Shown: positions 1 through 5,835 of the stretch, one piece after another | How positions within the stretch are numbered: position 1 is the first letter of the stretch | Layout: each line of letters begins with the position of its first letter | NCBI GenBank assembly: GCA_005191425.1 | Contig: SUPR01000163.1 | Location: 1 to 5,836, forward strand | Source of the DNA: Candidatus Helarchaeota ASGARD archaeon Hel_GB_B | GTDB lineage: Archaea > Asgardarchaeota > Lokiarchaeia > Helarchaeales > HEL-GB-B | DNA length: 5,836 nt | Reading direction: 5' to 3' | Notes under the pieces: generated by a model | The model's input: the letters and a program-made list of their open reading frames with translations, nothing else | Databases searched by the model: none | What the model was told of the DNA's origin: nothing | Made by a program: the position numbers and the translations under genes

Positions 1-2
1 TT

Positions 3-251
3 CTATTATCAGGACGTTTAGCAAATGAGAAATTCATGGAAATGATATTAGATGAAAAATTAAGAACAATCGCTCCTCTTCGAATAATGAAAACATATGC
101 ACAAATTGCGAAAAGAGCCGCTCAAGGTGCTGCTTTTATTGCTGAAGGGTTAAGTGGAGGTTCGACTAAACAAATAGTAGATAATCTCCGACTTAAAGAG
201 GCAAAAGGTAATATATTAGACGATATTTATTTATCAGTGAAAAAAACATAG
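3..251 (+). CDS. 3' end of a DUF1464-family (predicted butyrate-kinase-like, ASKHA fold) protein; gene begins upstream of the window
   Basis: The frame of the 36..251 ORF stays open to the window edge (cta tta tca gga cgt tta gca aat gag aaa ttc atg = LLSGRLANEKFM), so ATG36 is internal. The motifs LSGR ... AKRAAQGAAFIAEGLSGG ... IVDNLRLKEAKGNILDDI match my recollection of the DUF1464/COG2441 C-terminus (ILSGR...AKEAAQGAAxIAxGLAGG...LxIxEAxGTVLD). Recognition is from memory, not a search. Confidence 0.7.
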   Translation, partial: LLSGRLANEKFMEMILDEKLRTIAPLRIMKTYAQIAKRAAQGAAFIAEGLSGGSTKQIVDNLRLKEAKGNILDDIYLSVKKT

Positions 252-277
252 AACAATAATATTAAATAATTAAAAAT

Positions 278-283
278 TGAGGA
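278..283 (+). promoter_or_regulatory. Shine-Dalgarno-like element (TGAGGA) before the flavoprotein gene
   Basis: TGAGGA lies 7 nt upstream of ATG291 in an otherwise almost pure A/T 39-nt spacer. Confidence 0.45.
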
Positions 284-290
284 TTTTATT

Positions 291-869
291 ATGAATATGA
301 GAATTGCTTGGGGAATTACTGGCGCGGGTCATTACCTTCGGGATAGTTATGAAGTAATCAAAAGTCTAGTCGAAAATAATTATAAAATTGATGTATTTTT
401 CTCAGAAGCTGGAAAAACAGTAGCAAAAATGTATGGTGTGCTAAAAAAGATTCAGGATCTACATGAGAAACATAAAGAACATCTTACTTCTATCTTTTAC
501 GATAGCGGTCAATCTCCAGGATATATTGTGAGTGCACGTTTTAATCTTAATAGATATCAAGCTTTAATTATTAGCCCTGTAACTTCGAATTCTGTTGCAA
601 AAATGAATGTAGGAATCGCAGACACCTTAATAACCAATATTTTCTCCCAAATGATAAAGGGTTCGGGAAAAATTCTGCTCGTTCCATGCGATCTCGTTTG
701 TGGGGATATTGAAACGGAAATACCGAATGGAAATAAAATTACAATTAGGGTTGATCAATTTAACTGTCAAAATGCTTTAAATCTGAGAAAATTTCCAAAT
801 GTTTCTCTTTTTGAGCATCCGAAAGAAATCTTGGCAAAATTAAAAGAATTCGAGAATGATGAAGCTTAA
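291..869 (+). CDS. HFCD-family flavoprotein, dihydromethanopterin reductase-like (DmrX/DmrB/AfpA group), no ferredoxin insert
   Basis: N-terminal MRIAWGITGAGHYL, FFSEAG and SPVTSNSVAKMNVGIADTLITN are flavoprotein (PF02441-type) FMN-binding motifs. The GHxL and ETEIPNG..I.IR..N..NL..HP.EI segments resemble DmrX/DmrB/AfpA. No CxxCxxC motifs. The start may be ATG291 or ATG297. Confidence 0.8.
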   Translation: MNMRIAWGITGAGHYLRDSYEVIKSLVENNYKIDVFFSEAGKTVAKMYGVLKKIQDLHEKHKEHLTSIFYDSGQSPGYIVSARFNLNRYQALIISPVTSNSVAKMNVGIADTLITNIFSQMIKGSGKILLVPCDLVCGDIETEIPNGNKITIRVDQFNCQNALNLRKFPNVSLFEHPKEILAKLKEFENDEA

Positions 870-2483
870 ATGGTAAAAAAAAAAACTCGGATACTATTAA
901 TTACTGGAAGAGATGCTTTTAATGATTTATTAATGATTAATTGGGGAAATCTAATTACAAAATATGAAATAGAGATAGTTAAAGCGCAAGTTCCGATTAT
1001 TTCCCTAATAACAAAAAAAAAAATTGAAACTACACTATCCAGTTTTGAATATGATAAATTTGACTTGGTAATAACATCCGGTCTAATTCCTTGGGATTTA
1101 AGTAAGATAAACTCGCCTTTTTCTTCCAAAATAAAAAAAGGTCCGAGATTCTTAGCAAATTTACCCGAAATATTGAAAAATTTCGATCCGTTTAATTTGT
1201 CATCACAAATTCCTGCAGATAAATTATATACCTTTTCAAAAGAACAAAATTTAGATTTATTAATCGATAAAAATCGGCGTAAATTTAAAGAATTAGATAA
1301 AAAAAACGGATTTTATTTATCAAAATCTGAATCAGGAGTTATTTTTTCTCCAATTTTGCCCCCTGTAGTAATTGGTGAAATTATTGATGCACCCAAACTA
1401 TCATTTGAAGAACTATCAAATAAAATTGAGAAATATCAAAAAAACGGAGTAAGTATTATAGACATTGGAAGTATCTCAGATGAAAACCATAGTAAAGAAA
1501 TTTTTGATTTAATTTCGCGATTAAAAAGCAAATTTCAGATTCCTTTTAGCATTGATAGTATAAATCCTGAAGAGATTCATTCCGCGATAAATGCAGGAGC
1601 GCAGATGGTTCTTAGTGTTACAATTGATAATTATGAAGAATTATTGGATTTGGATAAAGATATCGTCCTAGTAATAATCCCAAACTCTGAAAAAGATTCA
1701 AAATCTTTATCTACTGAAGTAAAAATGGATAGATTAATAAATTTATATAAAATTCTCAGAAAAAAAGGTTTTACGAAAATTTTAATGGATCCAATAACAG
1801 GAGTCCCAATATCCCCCGGATTTAGTCCAACTATTGAAATATTAATTTCTTTAAGAAAAAAAATAGATCTTACTTATATAGATTTCAAAAATCATGACAA
1901 TTTACCAAAACCTCAGCTTTTTATGGGATTTGGAAATGTTACAGAATTGATTGACGGAGACTCATCGGGAATAAATACTTTATTATCTATCATTGCCGTA
2001 GAATTAGGAGTTAGTGCAATTTTAAGTACAGAATATTCTAATAAATGTAGAAATAATTTAAGCGAATTAAGTAAAAGTATTAAATTAGCCTATTATGCCA
2101 ATCAAATGCATGTTCCCCCCTTAAATCTGGGAATTACAGCTTTCCAATTTAAAAATAAACAAGAATTTCCAAAATATATGCAATTTGGAGAGCCTTTAGA
2201 AAAAATCCAACTTGAAGATCGCCCAGCAATAATGGATCCGAAAGGATATTTTAAGATATATATAGATGAAGAAAAAAACCAAATTCTTATTACTCATTTC
2301 AACAATTCTGTTAATTTTATGGATGCAACACTTACTCTTGTAGGGGATAACGCAGAATCCCTATATAAGACAATCATAAGCAGAAAACTTGTATCAAGGC
2401 TCGATCATGCAGCCTATTTAGGCAAAGAACTTATTAAAGCAGAATTAGCATTAAAAATTGGAATACCGTATTCCCAATCCTAA
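870..2483 (+). CDS. Dihydropteroate-synthase-like protein (MJ0107/Orf20 type, TIGR00284-like) with C-terminal DUF4346 domain
   Basis: Pterin-binding TIM-barrel motifs IIDIG, FSIDS, LMDP and FMGFGNVTELIDGDSSGIN. C-terminal MDPKGYFKIYID...G.NAESLYK...VSRLDHAAYLGKEL.KAE.AL..G..Y.Q is typical of DUF4346. ATG870 directly follows the upstream TAA (taaATG), suggesting translational coupling. Confidence 0.85.
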   Translation: MVKKKTRILLITGRDAFNDLLMINWGNLITKYEIEIVKAQVPIISLITKKKIETTLSSFEYDKFDLVITSGLIPWDLSKINSPFSSKIKKGPRFLANLPEILKNFDPFNLSSQIPADKLYTFSKEQNLDLLIDKNRRKFKELDKKNGFYLSKSESGVIFSPILPPVVIGEIIDAPKLSFEELSNKIEKYQKNGVSIIDIGSISDENHSKEIFDLISRLKSKFQIPFSIDSINPEEIHSAINAGAQMVLSVTIDNYEELLDLDKDIVLVIIPNSEKDSKSLSTEVKMDRLINLYKILRKKGFTKILMDPITGVPISPGFSPTIEILISLRKKIDLTYIDFKNHDNLPKPQLFMGFGNVTELIDGDSSGINTLLSIIAVELGVSAILSTEYSNKCRNNLSELSKSIKLAYYANQMHVPPLNLGITAFQFKNKQEFPKYMQFGEPLEKIQLEDRPAIMDPKGYFKIYIDEEKNQILITHFNNSVNFMDATLTLVGDNAESLYKTIISRKLVSRLDHAAYLGKELIKAELALKIGIPYSQS

Positions 2484-2500
2484 TATAATCCTACTAAACA

Positions 2501-2508
2501 TTTAAAAA
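2501..2508 (+). promoter_or_regulatory. Possible archaeal TATA box for the hydrolase gene
   Basis: TTTAAAAA ends 22 nt before ATG2531, a spacing compatible with a leaderless or short-leader transcript. Weak evidence in such AT-rich DNA. Confidence 0.3.
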
Positions 2509-2530
2509 AATCAATCAACAAATAGAGATC

Positions 2531-3298
2531 ATGTCTCAAAAAATAATAAACATTCCAAAAAGTTCGAAGGGTGGTTTAAACGGGCTTCATTTTGAAACCG
2601 GAAAACCCTATGATGAAATTCCCATTGTTATTTTAGCACATGGGTTCACCGGCGATCAGCATGAATGGGGAAGATTTACTAAAACTGCCCAGGAATTCAA
2701 TAAAGCAGGATTTGATGCCATAAGTTTTGATTTTTCGGGTTCAGGAAAAAATCCCCGAGAACCAGTTACACTTTTTAAGCAAGTTCAAGATTTAAAAGAT
2801 GTTCATGAATGGGTAAAATCCAAGGGTTATAAGAAAATAAATGTTCTTGGGTTAAGTTTCGGAGGTTTAACAGCCCTGGTTGCAAATTTACCAAATATTA
2901 ATGCTACTGTTTTTTGGGCGCCAGGATTTTACGTTAAACGCGCTTTCCCTAAAAAACATATTTTTCTCATGTGGCTACAGTCAACATTTTCAAAGAAACC
3001 CCATAGTATGCCATCAGCGAATAATGAACCAATTTTAATTAAATATAATTTTATGAAAGAAGTAATCAAGTTGGACATCGATAAAATTCTTTCTAACTAT
3101 ATAACCCCCAGTATTGTGATTCAAGGCGATATGGATGAAACTGTGCATTATGATTGGAATTTAGAAGCATTTCAGCATATGCCGCAAGATGAGCATCATA
3201 AATTTGTTAAAATCGAAGGTGCTGGTCACGACTTTAAAGAAGCACATCTTGATCAATTTATTGAGAATTCTATTAATTGGATTAATAAATATAATTAA
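2531..3298 (+). CDS. Alpha/beta-fold serine hydrolase (esterase/lipase/peptidase S9-like)
   Basis: Oxyanion-loop LAHGFTG, nucleophile elbow GLSFGG (GxSxG), acid in IQGDMDETV and His in GAGHDF form a complete Ser-Asp-His triad in canonical order. No signal peptide is evident. Confidence 0.9.
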   Translation: MSQKIINIPKSSKGGLNGLHFETGKPYDEIPIVILAHGFTGDQHEWGRFTKTAQEFNKAGFDAISFDFSGSGKNPREPVTLFKQVQDLKDVHEWVKSKGYKKINVLGLSFGGLTALVANLPNINATVFWAPGFYVKRAFPKKHIFLMWLQSTFSKKPHSMPSANNEPILIKYNFMKEVIKLDIDKILSNYITPSIVIQGDMDETVHYDWNLEAFQHMPQDEHHKFVKIEGAGHDFKEAHLDQFIENSINWINKYN

Positions 3299-3300
3299 AT

Positions 3301-3313
3301 ATTTTTTCTCTTT
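3301..3313 (+). terminator. Oligo-T tract, possible archaeal terminator after the hydrolase
   Basis: ATTTTTTCTCTTT immediately follows TAA at 3296-3298. Confidence 0.35.
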
Positions 3314-3321
3314 CATAAATC

Positions 3322-3330
3322 CTTAAATAA
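3322..3330 (+). promoter_or_regulatory. Possible TATA box for the TIR-LRR gene
   Basis: CTTAAATAA, preceded by CATAAAT, ends 19 nt before CTG3350, which would place a TSS near the proposed start codon. Confidence 0.4.
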
Positions 3331-3349
3331 TTCGAAGTGATCGTCAATT

Positions 3350-5035
3350 CTGAAACCTATAAAAATTTTTATCAGTTATGCCACCAAAGATGCAGAGATT
3401 TTTCAAGTTCCCAAACTCGCCAAAATTTTAGAAAGTTACCGCGAAATTGAAAAAGTATATTACTGGCAAGAAGATGCATCAGGATCTAATATTAAATTTA
3501 TAGAAAAATATATAAAAATTGCAGATACTTGTATAATTTGCTACTCCAAAGCCGCAATCGAATCACAACCAGTAGAATTGGAGCGAGATATGGCAGAATA
3601 TTTGGGAAAACAGATTATACCTCTTTTTACAAATATAAAAGATGTTCCTCTAATTATTAGAGACCAAACAGGAGTGGATATTAAAAATAAATCGATCCAA
3701 ATGATTTCTCGTGATATTATCCAATTAATTCTAAAAAATAAATCCCTTTCTGGAGGGATATCCCACACAATAAGTTCAACTCCGGAATTAGAAAAAAAAT
3801 TAGAAGAAGAAAAAAGAAGAAATGAAATTGTTGATTATCACGGAACGCCTCTGTTGAAATTTGAATACGATGTTCTAATGGCTTTGGATGAAATCATTGG
3901 TGAAATTCCAATTGTATTTAAAGTAGATCGGTGTACTTTTGGGTTCACTATTAGGGAGAATCACGTGGTTCAATTAGGGCTTTTTCATAAAGAATTAACT
4001 TCTCTCCCTGAGAGTATAGGGAGTCTAACTTTGCTCACAGAACTATATTTAGGAGGTACTCAGTTAAATTCTATCCCCGACACGATAGGAAATCTAAAAT
4101 CACTCAAGGAACTGGATTTAGAGAATAATAAGTTAACCTATCTCCCCAAGAGTATAGGGAATCTAACTTCGCTCATATACTTAGATTTAATAAGTAATCA
4201 GTTAAACTCTCTCCCGGAGAGTATAGGTAACTTAACTTCGCTCAAAATACTATATTTAAGTGAGAATCAGTTAATCTCTCTTCCCGACACGATAGGTAAT
4301 CTAAAATCACTCAAGGAACTGGATTTAGAGAATAATAAGTTAACCTCTTTCCCCGAGAGTATAGGGAGTCTAACTTTGCTCACAGAACTAAATTTAGGAG
4401 ATAATCAGTTAAACTCTCTCCCGGAGAGTATAGGTAACTTAACTTCGCTCAAAATACTATGGTTGTATTATAATCAGTTATCCTCTCTCCCCGAGACGAT
4501 ATGTAATCTAAAATCACTCAACATACTATATTTGCATAATAATGAGTTAACCTCTCTCCCCGAGAGTATAGGGAATCTAACTTTGCTCACTGAGCTATAT
4601 TTAAGTGAGAATCAGTTAACTTCTCTCCCTGAAAGTATGGGGAACCTAAAATCACTCAAAGAACTAGATTTAGAGAATAATCAGTTAACCTCTCTCCCCG
4701 AGAGTATAGGAAACCTAAAATCACTCAAAGAACTCGATTTAAATAAGAATAAGTTAACCTATCTCCCAGAGAGTATAGGGAACCTAAAATCACTCAAAGA
4801 GCTAGATTTAGAGAATAATCAGTTAAGATCTCTCCCCGAGAGTATAGGAAACCTAAAATCACTCGAAAAACTAGGTATTGATAACAATGGGTTAACCTTT
4901 CTTCCCGACACGATAGGTAACCTAAAATCACTCACAAAACTATCTCTCAGCTATAATCAGTTGACCTCTCTCCCCAGGAGTATAAAAAAATGGATTAAAT
5001 ATTTAAAAAAGTATGGATGCAATGTTGCTAAATAA
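3350..5035 (+). CDS. TIR domain - charged linker/cap - 15x leucine-rich repeat protein (~561 aa; probable CTG start)
   Basis: Manual translation upstream of TTG3578 shows no stop until TGA 3338-3340. From CTG3350 it reads (M)KPIKIFISYATKDAEIFQVPKLAKILESYREIEKVYYWQEDASGSNIKFIEKYIKIADTCIICYSKAAIESQPVELERDMAEYLGKQIIPLF. This carries TIR hallmarks: betaA IFISYA..D, betaC, alphaC S.PV..E with Glu78 at 3581-3583, and betaD K.IIP.F. It is followed by ELEKKLEEEKRRNE, a cap region, and 15 LRRs of 23 aa (LxxLxLxxNxLxxLPxxIGxLxx). Confidence 0.88.
   Translation: MKPIKIFISYATKDAEIFQVPKLAKILESYREIEKVYYWQEDASGSNIKFIEKYIKIADTCIICYSKAAIESQPVELERDMAEYLGKQIIPLFTNIKDVPLIIRDQTGVDIKNKSIQMISRDIIQLILKNKSLSGGISHTISSTPELEKKLEEEKRRNEIVDYHGTPLLKFEYDVLMALDEIIGEIPIVFKVDRCTFGFTIRENHVVQLGLFHKELTSLPESIGSLTLLTELYLGGTQLNSIPDTIGNLKSLKELDLENNKLTYLPKSIGNLTSLIYLDLISNQLNSLPESIGNLTSLKILYLSENQLISLPDTIGNLKSLKELDLENNKLTSFPESIGSLTLLTELNLGDNQLNSLPESIGNLTSLKILWLYYNQLSSLPETICNLKSLNILYLHNNELTSLPESIGNLTLLTELYLSENQLTSLPESMGNLKSLKELDLENNQLTSLPESIGNLKSLKELDLNKNKLTYLPESIGNLKSLKELDLENNQLRSLPESIGNLKSLEKLGIDNNGLTFLPDTIGNLKSLTKLSLSYNQLTSLPRSIKKWIKYLKKYGCNVAK
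3992..4984 (+). repeat. Coding tandem repeat, 69-bp unit x ~14.4 (LRR array)
   Basis: Units start at 3992, 4061, 4130 ... 4958 with exact 69-nt spacing and no indels. Consensus is about cag tta acc tct ctc ccc gag agt ata ggN aaY cta aMW tca ctc aNN NNN cta NNN tta NNN NNN aat. Confidence 0.97.
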
Positions 5036-5040
5036 ACAAT

Positions 5041-5118
5041 AATTTTTTGTATATTTCATTCCAAAAAATCTCGCCCTAAAAAAACTAAATTTTAGTAAAA
5101 ATAAGAGAGAAAAAAAAA
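5041..5118. terminator. Convergent termination zone with T tracts on both strands
   Basis: AATTTTTTGT follows the TIR-LRR stop on +. A-runs near 5080-5085 and 5110-5118 are T-tracts on -, downstream of the minus-strand small ORF. Confidence 0.3.
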
Positions 5119-5154
5119 GTCATATTTTCGTATATTTTATTCTTAAAATCTGTT

Positions 5155-5265
5155 CTATTTCACACGTTTTTTTTTACCATTTCCGTCACGTGGTGGATTA
5201 TGCCCGCCACGTTTACCTGTCCGAGGCCCTTTCCCTCTTGGACCTGTTCCATCTCGATTAGGCAT
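5155..5265 (-). CDS. 36-aa basic Gly/Pro-rich microprotein with a DUF5320-like N-terminal motif (not in ORF track)
   Basis: The reverse complement translates as MPNRDGTGPRGKGPRTGKRGGHNPPRDGNGKKKRVK*, with TAG at 5157-5155. MPxxDGTGPxGxGPxTG is the motif I recognise from DUF5320 proteins. The segment 5161-5260 is 50% GC by hand count against very AT-rich flanks. An in-frame ATG at 5280 would add MSLII. Confidence 0.75.
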   Translation of the reverse strand: MPNRDGTGPRGKGPRTGKRGGHNPPRDGNGKKKRVK

Positions 5266-5287
5266 AATAATAAGAGACATTTAAGTA

Positions 5288-5300
5288 ATTTATAATTTTC
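5288..5300 (-). promoter_or_regulatory. BRE-TATA promoter of the microprotein gene
   Basis: The minus strand reads GAAAA-TTATAAAT, with the TATA ending 22 nt before ATG5265. This fits an archaeal leaderless transcript starting at MPNRD rather than at ATG5280. Confidence 0.5.
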
Positions 5301-5376
5301 TGTCCTTAATTATCCTTCAAAATCCCTATCAGTGGCTTTTAAGAAAAAAAACAATGAAATATTAATTTAAACCATC

Positions 5377-5835
5377 TTATTTTGGAATTTTTTCGGTGTT
5401 TTTCTTTAGTGTGGTTAATTTAAAAAGAAAAACAGCAACTCCAATCGTATATAATACAGATAGAGCAAAATACAGAGGAATTGTTTGTACCATTCCTAAT
5501 GAAATCATTGAAATAACATTAAAGAGATAAAGATAGATGTAATAGACAAGAGTAAAATAATTAGGTAGTGAATTTACTGGCGGAATTTTATGTTTCATCG
5601 AGTATATTATAAGAATACATATCGAACCGATATAAATAAATAAAAACATAAACCAAATCCAATTTTTAAATACATAGGTTAAGAATAATAGAGGCATAAG
5701 TAAAATTACGGATCCAATAATTCCTGTAAGGGTTCGGATAAATAATATCGAAAATTTATCTTGATCATATTTCACATCAAATATGTGCAAGATTAAAGAG
5801 CATACAAATATTACAAAAAACCACCCATAGAAATT
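5377..5835 (-). CDS. C-terminal part of a polytopic membrane protein, possibly CruF/DUF422 (carotenoid-biosynthesis-protein family)-like; gene begins beyond the window
   Basis: The frame is open past TTG5790 to the window edge, giving NFYGWFFVIFVCSLILHIFD... and about 5 hydrophobic helices in the visible part. NFYGWF resembles the NF/YxGWF motif of the DUF422/CruF family. The CDS is well supported; the family call is tentative. Confidence 0.6.
   Translation of the reverse strand, partial: NFYGWFFVIFVCSLILHIFDVKYDQDKFSILFIRTLTGIIGSVILLMPLLFLTYVFKNWIWFMFLFIYIGSICILIIYSMKHKIPPVNSLPNYFTLVYYIYLYLFNVISMISLGMVQTIPLYFALSVLYTIGVAVFLFKLTTLKKNTEKIPK

Noticed and set aside
36-38. ATG36 as the start of a 71-aa protein
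   Set aside because: The frame is open to the window edge and family-like motifs (LSGR) continue upstream, so this is the tail of a longer gene.
875-1022. A11 (875-885) and A10 (1013-1022) runs in the DHPS-like gene as phase-variation or frameshift sites
   Set aside because: The frame is intact and the runs encode Lys stretches. A/T homopolymers are frequent throughout this AT-rich window.
866-1129. 87-aa minus-strand ORF
   Set aside because: Antisense shadow of the well-supported DHPS-like gene, with no recognisable motif.
3578-3580. ORF-track start (TTG3578) for the LRR protein
   Set aside because: It falls inside the TIR alphaC helix, one codon before the putative catalytic Glu; the frame is open and TIR-like for 76 more codons upstream.
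3541-3768. 75-aa minus-strand ORF
   Set aside because: Lies entirely antisense to the TIR domain, with no independent support.
3992-4984. 69-bp periodic array as a CRISPR array
   Set aside because: There is no repeat/unique-spacer alternation; the period is a multiple of 3, in frame, and variation follows codon structure.
3992-4984. Diversity-generating retroelement acting on the LRR
   Set aside because: No reverse transcriptase or non-coding template repeat is in the window, and differences between copies are not confined to adenines of a single template. It cannot be excluded elsewhere in the genome.
5161-5260. GC-rich island as a tRNA or structured ncRNA
   Set aside because: Only short hairpins are present (acgtgg 5188-5193 / ccacgt 5207-5212), with no cloverleaf or T-loop. 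Gly/Pro/Arg codons of the microprotein explain the GC.
5788-5790. TTG5790 as the start of the membrane protein
   Set aside because: The frame stays open and hydrophobic to the window edge, so the gene is 5'-truncated.
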